NCBI RefSeq assembly: GCF_009914755.1 | Contig: NC_060925.1 | Direction: 5' to 3' (one strand) | Source: the human T2T-CHM13v2.0 reference genome, Homo sapiens | DNA length: 64,000 bases | Notes under the pieces: generated by a model | The model's input: only the letters and a program-made list of their open reading frames with translations | Databases searched by the model: none | What the model was told of the DNA's origin: nothing | Translations under genes and position numbers: made by a program | Shown: positions 1 through 10,500 of the stretch, one piece after another | Position numbering within the stretch: position 1 is the stretch's first letter | How the letters are laid out: each line of letters begins with the position of its first letter

Positions 1-38
1 GGTTCTGACAATGCTTCTGTTTACATAGGTGACTTTTC

Positions 39-55
39 TCCCGTATCCAGCGAAA
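39..55 (-). promoter_or_regulatory. CENP-B box, intact core (monomer m1; recurs each HOR)
   Basis: + strand TCCCGTATCCAGCGAAA matches NCCCGNNTNNNNCGAAN, the reverse complement of the 9-essential-nt motif NTTCGNNNNANNCGGGN. From ~18.7 kb onward it reads TCCCGTATCCAACGAAA. Confidence 0.9.
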
Positions 56-551
56 TCCTCAGAGCGGTCCAAATCTCCACTTGCAGATTCTACACAAAGT
101 GTGTTTGGAAACTGCTCCACCCAAAGGAATGTTCAGCTCTGTGAGTTGAACTCAATGGTCACAAAGCGTTTCCTGGGAATGCTCCTGTCTCGCTTTTATG
201 TGCAGTTATATCCTCTACTGCCATAGGCCTCAAAGCGGTCCAAATCTCCCCTTTCAGATTCTACCAGAAGTGTGTTTCCAAATGGCCCCATCAAAGGGGA
301 TGTTCAACTCAGTGACTTGAATGCAATCATCACAAAGCAGCTTCTGAGAATGCTTCCATGTAGCTTTGATGAGAAGATATTTCCTTTTCCACCCCAGGCC
401 TCGAAGCCCTCCAAATGTCCCCTTGCCGATGCTAGAAAGAGGGGGTTTCAAAGCTGCTCTATCAAAAGGAAAGTACAACTCTGTGAGTTGAATGCAAACA
501 TCACAAGGAAGTTCCTGAGCATGCTTCCGTTTAGCTTTTACGGGAAGATTA

Positions 552-568
552 TCCCTTTTCCATCGAAA
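552..568 (-). promoter_or_regulatory. Degenerate CENP-B box (m4)
   Basis: TCCCTTTTCCATCGAAA: CCCG>CCCT removes an essential CpG. In the right block it is further changed to ...CATCGGAA. Confidence 0.8.
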
Positions 569-722
569 TGTTCAAAGAGGTCCACATATCCGCTTGCAGA
601 TTCCACCGAAAGAGTGTTTCCAAACTGCTGCATCCAAAGGAATCCTCAGCTCCGTGAGTTGAAGGCAATCATCACCAAGAAGTTTCTGACAATGCTTCCC
701 TCTAGCTTTTATGTGAAGATAT

Positions 723-739
723 TTCCTTTTCCACCGCAG
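723..739. other. A-type (pJalpha-like) box site (m5; related sites in m2, m3, m9, m11)
   Basis: TTCCTTTTCCACCGCAG sits at the box position and resembles the A-type monomer consensus TTCCTTTTCCACCATAG. Confidence 0.7.
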
Positions 740-893
740 GCCTGAAAGCGCTCCAAATGTCCACTTGGAGGCTCTACGAAAAGAATGTTTCAAAACTGCT
801 CTATGAAAAGCAATGTTATACTCTGGGAGTTGAACACAAGCCTCAGAAAGGAGTTTCTGAGAATGCTTCTGTTTACTTTTTACTTGAGGATAT

Positions 894-910
894 TCCCGTT
901 TCCAAAGAAG
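894..910 (-). promoter_or_regulatory. Degenerate CENP-B box (m6)
   Basis: TCCCGTTTCCAAAGAAG: CGAA>AGAA destroys the second essential CpG in all copies inspected. Confidence 0.82.
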
Positions 911-1064
911 ACTTCACAGAGTTCCACCTATCCATTTGCAGATGCTAGCAAAAGAGAGTTTCAAAACTGCTCCATCAAAAGGAATGTTCAACTCTGTGAG
1001 TTGCATGCAATCATCACAGAGAAGTTTCTGAGAAGGCTTCTGTCTAGATTTTACGTGAAGAGAT

Positions 1065-1081
1065 AGCCGTTTCGAACGAAG
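1065..1081 (-). promoter_or_regulatory. Degenerate CENP-B box (m7)
   Basis: AGCCGTTTCGAACGAAG: CCCG>GCCG, one essential mismatch. Intact only in the copy at 38379. Confidence 0.82.
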
Positions 1082-1203
1082 GCCACAAAGTGCTCCAAAT
1101 ATCCACTTGCAGGTCCTCCAAAAAGAGTGTTTCAAACGTGAACTACCAAAGGAAGGCTCACCTCTGGACTTTGAAGGCCAACGTCAGAAGGATGTTTCTG
1201 CGA

Positions 1204-1209
1204 AAGCTT
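1204..1209. other. Single HindIII site per HOR (gives ~1.9 kb ladder); single XbaI site at 1043-1048
   Basis: GCGAAAGCTTCTG in m8 recurs once per 1866 bp. It is mutated in the copy at 21729-21734 (AATCTT). Confidence 0.9.
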
Positions 1210-1230
1210 CTGTTTAGTTAGGTGACGTTA

Positions 1231-1247
1231 TCCCGTTTCCAACGAAA
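1231..1247 (-). promoter_or_regulatory. CENP-B box, canonical (m8; recurs each HOR)
   Basis: TCCCGTTTCCAACGAAA is the reverse complement of TTTCGTTGGAAACGGGA, a full consensus match. Confidence 0.95.
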
Positions 1248-1566
1248 TCCTCAGAGAGGTCCAAATATCCACCTGCGGAGTCTACAAAAAGTGTGTTTCC
1301 AAACTGCTCCACCCAAAGGAATGTTCAGCTCTGTGAGTTGAACTCAATCGTCCCAAAGTATTTTCTGAGAATGCTTCTGTCCAGTTTTTACATGAAGCTG
1401 TTTCCTTTACTACCGTAGGCCTCAAAGCGTTCCAAACCTCCACTTGCAGATCCTACGAAAAGAGCGTTTCAACCTGAACTCACAAGGGAAGGTTCAACTC
1501 TGTCAGTTGAATGCCAACATCACCAAGAAGTTCTGAGAATGTTCCTCTTCAGTTATGTGAGGTTTA

Positions 1567-1583
1567 TCCCGTTTCCCACGAAA
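1567..1583 (-). promoter_or_regulatory. CENP-B box, intact core (m10; recurs each HOR)
   Basis: TCCCGTTTCCCACGAAA (left block, polymorphic with ...CCAACGAAA); all 9 essential positions are retained. Confidence 0.92.
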
Positions 1584-4500
1584 TTCTCAGAGAAGTCCCA
1601 AAATCCACTTGCATATTCCACAAAAGGTGTGTTTGGAAAATGCCCCATCAAAAGATATGCTCAGCTCTGTGAGTTAAACTCAATCATCGCAAAGAATTTT
1701 CTGAGAATGCTTCCGCCTTGTTTTTAGATGAAGTACTTTCCTTTACTACGATAGGCCTCAAAGAGGTCCAAATCTCCACTTGCAGATTCTGCAGAAGGAG
1801 TGTTTCAAACCTGAACTGTCAGAGAAAGTTTCAACACTGTGAGTTGAATGCAAGCATCACGAAGAAGGTTCTGAGAATGCTTCTGTTTACGTAGGTGACT
1901 TTTCTCCCGTATCCAGCGAAATCCTCAGAGCGGTCCAAATCTCCACTTGCAGATTCTACACAAAGTGTGTTTGGAAACTGCTCCACCCAAAGGAATGTTC
2001 AGCTCTGTGAGTTGAACTCAATGGTCACAAAGCGTTTCCTGGGAATGCTCCTGTCTCGCTTTTATGTGCGGTTATATCCTCTACTGCCATAGGCCTCAAA
2101 GAGGTCCAAATCTCCCCTTTCAGATTCTCCCAGAAGTGTGTTTCCAAACGGCCCCATCAAAGGGGATGTTCAACTCGGTGACTTGAATGCAATCATCACA
2201 AAGCAGCTTCTGAGAATGCTTCCATGTAGCTTTGATGAGAAGATATTTCCTTTTCCACCCCAGGCCTCGAAGCTCTCCAAATGTCCCCTTGCAGATGCTA
2301 GAAAGAGGGGGTTTCAAAGCTGCTCTATCAAAAGGAAAGTACAACTCTGTGAGTTGAATGCAAACATCACAAGGAAGTTCCTGAGCATGCTTCCGTTTAG
2401 CTTTTACGGGAAGATTATCCCTTTTCCATCGAAATGTTCAAAGAGGTCCACATATCCGCTTGCAGATTCCACCGAAAGAGTGTTTCCAAACTGCTGCATC
2501 CAAAGGAATCCTCAGCTCCGTGAGTTGAAGGCAATCATCACCAAGAAGTTTCTGACAATTCTTCTCTCTAGCTTTTATGTGAAGATATTTCCTTTTCCAC
2601 CGCAGGCCTGAAAGCGCTCCAAATGTCCACTTGGAGGCTCTACGAAAAGAATGTTTCAAAACTGCTCTATGAAAAGCAATGTTATACTCTGGGAGTTGAA
2701 CACAAGCCTCACAAAGGAGTTTCTGAGAATGCTTCTGTTTACTTTTTACGTTAGGATATTCCCGTTTCCAAAGAAGTCTTCACAGAGTTCCACTTATCCA
2801 TTTGCAGATGCTAGCAAAAGAGAGTTTCAAAACTGCTCCATCAAAAGGAATGTTCAACTCTGTGAGTTGCATGCAATCATCACAGAGAAGTTTCTGAGAA
2901 GGCTTCTGTCTAGATTTTACGTGAAGATATAGCCGTTTCGAACGAAGGCCACAAAGTGTTCCAAATATCCACATGCAGGTCCTCCAAAAAGAGTGTTTCA
3001 AACGTGAACTACCAAAGGAAGGCTCAACTCTGGACTTTGAAGGCCAACGTCAGAAGGATGTTTCTGCGAAAGCTTCTGTTTAGTTAGGTGACGTTATCCC
3101 GTTTCCAACGAAATCCTCAGAGAGGTCCAAATATCCACCTGCGGAGTCTACAAAAAGTGTGTTTCCAAACTGCTCCACCCAAAGGAATGTTCAGCTCTGT
3201 GAGTTGAACTCAATCGTCCCAAAGTATTTTCTGAGAATGCTTCTGTCCAGTTTTTACATGAAGCTGTTTCCTTTACTACCGTAGGTCTCAAAGCGTTCCA
3301 AACCTCCACTTGCAGATCCTACGAAAAGAGCGTTTCAACCTGAACTCACAAGGGAAGGTTCAACTCTGTCAGTTGAATGCCAACATCACCAAGAAGTTCT
3401 GAGAATGTTCCTCTTCAGTTATGGGAGTTTTATCCCGTTTCCAACGAAATTCTCAGAGAAGTCCCAAAATCCACTTGCATATTCCACAAAAGGTGTGTTT
3501 GGAAAATGCGCCATCAAAAGATATGCTCAGCTCTGTGAGTTAAACTCAAGCATCGCAAAGAATTTTCTGAGAATGCTTCCGTCTTGTTTTTAGATGAAGT
3601 TCTTTCCTTTACTACGATAGGCCTCAAAGAGGTCCAAATCTCCACTTGCAGATTCTGCAGAAGGAGTGTTTCAAACCTGAACTGTCAGAGAAAGGTTCAA
3701 CACTGTGAGTTGAATGCAAGCATCACGAAGAAGGTTCTGAGAATGCTTCTGTTTACGTAGGTGACTTTTCTCCCGTATCCAGCGAAATCCTCAGAGTGGT
3801 CCAAATCTCCACTTGCAGATTCTACACAAAATGTGTTTGGAAACTGCTCCACCCAAAGGAATGTTCAGCTCTGTGAGTTGAACTCAATGGTCACAAAGCG
3901 TTTCCTGGGAATGCTCCTGTCTCGCTTTTATGTGCGGTTATATCCTCTACTGCCATAGGCCTCAAAGCGGTCCAAATCTCCCCTTTCAGATTCTACCAGA
4001 AGTGTGTTTCCAAACGGCCCCATCAAAGGGGATGTTCAACTCGGTGATTTGAATGCAATCATCACAAAGCAGCTTCTGAGAATGCTTCCATGTAGCTTTG
4101 ATGAGAAGATATTTCCTTTTCCACCCCAGGCCTCGAAGCCCTCCAAATGTCCCCTTGCCGATGCTAGAAAGAGGGGGTTTCAAAGCTGCTCTATCAAAAG
4201 GAAAGTACAACTCTGTGAGTTGAATGCAAACATCACAAGGAAGTTCCTGAGCATGCTTCCGTTTAGCTTTTACGGGAAGATTATCCCTTTTCCATCGAAA
4301 TGTTCAAAGAGGTCCACATATCCGCTTGCAGATTCCACCGAAAGAGTGTTTCCAAACTGCTGCATCCAAAGGAATCCTCAGCTCCGTGAGTTGAAGGCAA
4401 TCATCACCAAGAAGTTTCTGACAATGCTTCCCTCTAGCTTTTATGTGAAGATATTTCCTTTTCCACCGCAGGCCTGAAAGCGCTCCAAATGTCCACTTGG

Positions 4501-7500
4501 AGGCTCTACGAAAAGAATGTTTCAAAACTGCTCTATGAAAAGCAATGTCATACTCTGGGAGTTGAACACAAGCCTCACAAAGGAGTTTCTGAGAATGCTT
4601 CTGTTTACTTTTTACGTGAGGATATTCCCGTTTCCAAAGAAGTCTTCACAGAGTTCCACCTATCCATTTGCAGATGCTAGCAAAAGAGAGTTTCAAAACT
4701 GCTCCATCAAAAGGAATGTTCAACTCTGTGAGTTGCATGCAATCATCACAGAAAAGTTTCTGAGAAGGCTTCTGTCTAGATTTTACGTGAAGATATAGCC
4801 GTTTCGAACAAAGGCCACAAAGTGCTCCAAATATCCACTTGCAGGTCCTCCAAAAAGAGTGTTTCAAACGTGAACTACCAAAGGAAGGCTCAACTCTGGA
4901 CTTTGAAGGCCAACGTCAGAAGGATGTTTCTGCGAAAGCTTCTGTTTAGTTAGGTGACGTTATCCCGTTTCCAACGAAATACTCAGAGAGGTCCAAATAT
5001 CCACCTGCGGAGTCTACAAAAAGTGTGTTTCCAAACTGCTCCACCCAAAGGAATGTTCAGCTCTGTGAGTTGAACTCAATCGTCCCGAAGTATTTTCTGA
5101 GAATGCTTCTGTCCAGTTTTTACATGAAGCTGTTTCCTTTACTACCGTAGGCCTCAAAGCGTTCCAAACCTCCACTTGCAGATCCTACGAAAAGAGCGTT
5201 TCAACCTGAACTCACAAGGGAAGGTTCAACTCTGTCAGTTGAATGCCAACATCACCAAGAAGTTCTGAGAATGTTCCTCTTCAGTTATGGGAGTTTTATC
5301 CCGTTTCCCACGAAATTCTCAGAGAAGTCCCAAAATCCACTTGCATATTCCACAAAAGGTGTGTTTGGAAAATGCGCCATCAAAAGATATGCTCAGCTCT
5401 GTGAGTTAAACTCAAGCATCGCAAAGAATTTTCTGAGAATGCTTCCGTCTTGTTTTTAGATGAAGTTCTTTCCTTTACTACGATAGGCCTCAAAGAGGTC
5501 CAAATCTCCACTTGCAGATTCTGCAGAAGGAGTGTTTCAAACCTGAACTGTCAGAGAAAGGTTCAACACTGTGAGTTGAATGCAAGCATCACGAAGAAGG
5601 TTCTGAGAATGCTTCTGTTTACGTAGGTGACTTTTCTCCCGTATCCAGCGAAATCCTCAGAGCGGTCCAAATCTCCACTTGCAGATTCTACACAAAGTGT
5701 GTTTGGAAACTGCTCCACCCAAAGGAATGTTCAGCTCTGTGAGTTGAACTCAATGGTCACAAAGCGTTTCCTGGGAATGCTCCTGTCTCGCTTTTATGTA
5801 CAGTTATATCCTCTACTGCCATAGGCCTCAAAGCGGTCCAAATCTCCCCTTTCAGATTCTACCAGAAATGTGTTTCCAAACGGCCCCATCAAAGGGGATG
5901 TTCAACTCGGTGACTTGAATGCAATCATCACAAAGCAGCTTCTGAGAATGCTTCCATGTAGCTTTGATGAGAAGATATTTCCTTTTCCACCCCAGGCCTC
6001 GAAGCCCTCCAAATGTCCCCTTGCAGATGCTAGAAAGAGGGGGTTTCAAAGCTGCTCTATCAAAAGGAAAGTACAACTCTCTGAGTTGAATGCAAACATC
6101 ACAAGGAAGTTCCTGAGCATGCTTCCGTTTAGCTTTTACGGGTAGATTATCCTTTTTCCATCGAAATGTTCAAAGAGGACCACATATCCGCTTGCAGATT
6201 CCACACAAAGAGTGTTTCCAAACTGCTGCATCCAAAGGAATCCTCAGCTCCGTGAGTTGAATGCAATCATCACCAAGAAGTTTCTGACAATGCTTCTCTC
6301 TAGTTTTTATGTGAAGATATTTCCTTTTCCACCGCAGGCCTGAAAGCGCTCCAAACGTCCACTTGGAGGCTCTACGAAAAGAATGTTTCAAAACTGCTCT
6401 ATGAAAAGCAATGTTATACTCTGGGAGTTGAACACAAGACTCACAAAGGAGTTTCTGAGAATGCTTGTGTTTACTTTTTACGTGAGGATATTCCCGTTTC
6501 CAAAGAAGTCTTCACAGAGTTCCACCTATACATTTGCAGATGCTAGCAAAGGAGAGTTTCAAAACTGCTCCATCAAAAGGAATGTTCAACTCTGTGACTT
6601 GCATGCAATCATCACAGAGAAGTTTCTGAGAAGGCTTCTGTCTAGATTGTATGTGAAGATATAGCCGTTTCGAACGAAGGCCACAAAGTGCTCCAAATAT
6701 CCACTTGCAGGTCCTCCAAAAAGAGTGTTTCAAACGTGAACTACCAAAGGAAGGCCAAATCTGGACTTTGAAGGCCAACGTCAGAAGGATGTTTCTGCGA
6801 AAGCTTCTGTTTAGTTAGGTGACGTTATCCCGTTTCCAACGAAATACTCAGAGAGGTCCAAATATCCACCTGCGGAGTCTACAAAAAGTGTGTTTCCAAA
6901 CTGCTCCACCCAAAGGAATGTTCAGCTCTGTGAGTTGTACTCAATCGTCCCGAAGTATTTTCTGAGAATGCTTCTGCCCAGTTTTTACGTGAAGCTCTTT
7001 CCTTTACTACCGTAGGCCTGAAAGCGTTCCAAACCTCCACTTGCAGATACTACGAAAAGAGCGTTTCAACCTGAACTCACAAGGGAAGGTTCAACTCTGT
7101 CAGTTGAATGCCAACATCACCAAGAAGTTCTGAGAATGTTCCTCTTCAGTTATGTGAGGTTTATCCCGTTTCCCACGAAATTCTCAGAGAAGTCCCAAAA
7201 TCCACTTGCATATTCCACAAAAGGTGTGTTTGTAAAATGCGCCATCAAAAGATATGCTCAGCTCTGTGAGTGAAACTCAATCATTGCAAAGAATTTTCTG
7301 AGAATGCTTCCGTCTTGTTTTTAGATGAAGTTCTTTCCTTTACTACGATAGGCCTCAAAGAGGTCCAAATCTCCACTGGCAGATTCTGCAGAAGGAGTGT
7401 TTCAAACCTGAACTGTCAGAGAAAGGTTCAACACTGTGAGTTGAATGCAAGCATCACGAAGAAGGTTCTGAGAATGCTTCTGTTTACGTAGGTGACTTTT

Positions 7501-10500
7501 CTCCCGTATCCAGCGAAATCCTCAGAGCGGTCCAAATCTCCACTTGCAGATTCTACACAAAGTGTGTTTGGAAACTGCTCCACCCAAAGGAATGTTCAGC
7601 TCTGTGAGTTGAACTCAATGGTCACAAAGCGTTTCCTGGGAATGCTCCTGTCTCGCTTTTATGTGCAGTTATATCCTCTACTGCCATAGGCCTCAAAGCG
7701 GTCCAAATCTCCCCTTTCAGATTCTACCAGAAGTGTGTTTCCAAACGGCCCCATCAAAGGGGATGTTCATCTCGGTGACTTGAATGCAATCATCACAAAG
7801 CAGCTTCTGAGAATGCTTCCATGTAGCTTTGATGAGAAGATATTTCCTTTTCCACCCCAGGCCTCGAAGCCCTCCAAATGTCCCCTTGCAGATGCTAGAA
7901 AGAGGGGGTTTCAAAGCTGCTCTATCAGAAGGAAAGTACAACTCTGTGAGTTGAATGCAAACATCACAAGGAAGTTCCTGAGCATGCTTCCGTTTAGCTT
8001 TTACGGGAAGATTATCCCTTTTCCATCGAAATGTTCAAAGAGGTCCACATATCCGCTTGCAGATTCCACACAAAGAGTGTTTCCAAACTGCTGCATCCAA
8101 AGGAATCCTCAGCTCCGTGAGTTGAATGCAATCATCACCAAGAAGTTTCTGACAATGCTTCTCTCTAGTTTTTATGTGAAGATATTTCCTTTTCCACCGC
8201 AGGCCTGAAAGCGCTCCAAATGTCCACTTGGAGCCTCTACGAAAAGAATGTTTCAAAACTGCTCTATGAAAAGCAATGTTATACTCTGGGAGTTGAACAC
8301 AAGCCTCACAAAGGAGTTTCTGAGAATGCTTCTGTTCACTTTTTACGTGAGGATATTCCCGTTTCCGAAGAAGTTTTCACAGAGTTCCACCTATCCATTT
8401 GCAGATGCTAGCAAAAGAAAGTTTCAAAACTGCTCCATCAAAAGGAATGTTCAACTCTGTGAGTTGCATGCAATCATCACAGAGAAGTTTCTGAGAAGGC
8501 TTCTGTCTAGATTTTACGTGAAGATATAGCCGTTTCGAACGAAGGCCACAAAGTGCTCCAAATATCCACTTGCAGGTCCTCCAAAAAGAGTGTTTCAAAC
8601 GTGAACTACCAAAGGAAGGCTCAACTCTGGACTTTGAAGGCCAACGTCAGAAGGATGTTTCTGCGAAAGCTTCTGTTTAGTTAGGTGACGTTATCCCGTT
8701 TCCAACGAAATCCTCAGAGAGGTCCAAATATCCACCTGCGGAGTCTACAGAAAGTGTGTTTCCAAACTGCTCCACCCAAAGGAATGTTCAGCTCTGTGAG
8801 TTGAACTCAATCATCCGAAAGCATTTTCTGAGAATGCTTCTGTCCAGTTTTTACATGAAGCTGTTTCCTTTACTACCGTAGGCCTCAAAGCGTTCCAAAC
8901 CTCCACTTGCAGATCCTACGAAAAGAGCGTTTCAACCTGAACTCACAAGGGAAGGTTCAACTCTGTCAGTTGAATGCCAACATCACCAAGAAGTTCTGAG
9001 AATGTTCCTCTTCAGTTATGTGAGGTTTATCCCGTTTCCAACGAAATTCTCAGAGAAGTCCCAAAATCCACTTGCATATTCCACAAAAGGTGTGTTTGGA
9101 AAATGCGCCATCAAAAGATATGCTCAGCTCTGTGAGTTAAACTCAAGCATCGCAAAGAATTTTCTGAGAATGCTTCCGTCTTGTTTTTAGATGAAGTTCT
9201 TTCCTTTACTACGATAGGCCTCAAAGAGGTTCAAATCTCCACTTGCAGATTCTGCAGAAGGAGTGTTTCAAACCTGAACTGTCAGAGAAAGGTTCAACAC
9301 TGTGAGTTGAATGCAAGCATCACGAAGAAGGTTCTGACAATGCTTCTGTTTACATAGGTGACTTTTCTCCCGTATCCAGCGAAATCCTCAGAGCGGTCCA
9401 AATCTCCACTTGCAGATTCTACACAAAGTGTGTTTGGAAACTGCTCCACCCAAAGGAATGTTCAGCTCTGTGAGTTGAACTCAATGGTCACAAAGCGTTT
9501 CCTGGGAATGCTCCTGTCTCGCTTTTATGTGCAGTTATATCCTCTACTGCCATAGGCCTCAAAGCGGTCCAAATCTCCCCTTTCAGATTCTACCAGAAGT
9601 GTGTTTCCAAACGGCCCCATCAAAGGGGATGTTCAACTCGGTGACTTGAATGCAATCATCACAAAGCAGCTTCTGAGAATGCTTCCATGTAGCTTTGATG
9701 AGAAGATATTTCCTTTTCCACCCCAGGCCTCGAAGCCCTCCAAATGTCCCCTTGCCGATGCTAGAAAGAGGGGGTTTCAAAGCTGCTCTATCAAAAGGAA
9801 AGTACAACTCTGTGAGTTGAATGCAAACATCACAAGGAAGTTCCTGAGCATGCTTCCGTTTAGCTTTTACGGGAAGATTATCCCTTTTCCATCGAAATGT
9901 TCAAAGAGGTCCACATATCCGTTTGCAGATTCCACCGAAAGAGTGTTTCCAAACTGCTGCATCCAAAGGAATCCTCAGCTCCGTGAGTTGAATGCAATCA
10001 TCACCAAGAAGTTTCTGACAATGCTTCTCTCTACTTTTTATGTGAAGATATTTCCTTTTCCACCGCAGGCCTGAAAGCGCTCCAAATGTCCACTTGGAGG
10101 CTCTACGAAAAGAATGTTTCAAAACTGCTCTATGAAAAGCAATGTTATACTCTGGGAGTTGAACACAAGCCTCACAAAGGAGTTTCTGAGAATGCTTCTG
10201 TTTACTTTTTACGTGAGGATATTCCCGTTTCCAAAGAAGTCTTCACAGAGTTCCACCTATCCATTTGCAGATGTTAGCAAAAGAGAGTTTCAAAACGGCT
10301 CCATCAAAAGGAATGTTCAACTCTGTGAGTTGCATGCAATCATCACAGAGAAGTTTCTGAGAAGGCTTCTGTCTAGATTTTACATGAAGATATAGCCGTT
10401 TCGAACGAAGGCCACAAAGTGCTCCAAATATCCACTTGCAGGTCCTCCAAAAAGAGTGTTTCAAACGTGAACTACCAAAGGAAGGCTCAACTCTGGACTT

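Larger units (their letters stand above)
10..1875 (-). repeat. Representative 11-mer HOR unit
   Basis: AATGCT-equivalent anchors at 10, 178, 349, 520, 691, 862, 1033, 1203, 1370, 1538, 1706 and 1876. Spacings 168,171,171,171,171,171,170,167,168,168,170 sum to 1866. Box-site type in + strand order (m1-m11): B,A,A,B*,A,B*,B*,B,A,B,A (B* = degenerate CENP-B box). Confidence 0.97.

Noticed and set aside
1001-1010. Perfect 10-bp palindrome TTGCATGCAA and other short dyads (AGCATGCT, TTCGAA, AGGCCT)
   Set aside because: Too short to imply stable cruciforms; short dyad symmetries are commonplace in alpha satellite.
10-1875. Assignment to D13Z1/D21Z1 (also 11-mers of ~1.87 kb)
   Set aside because: Those derive from an alternating dimeric (D1/D2) A/B pattern. 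Here there is a B*B*B run, an AA pair and W3-like shortened monomers, plus HindIII periodicity. Not database-verified.
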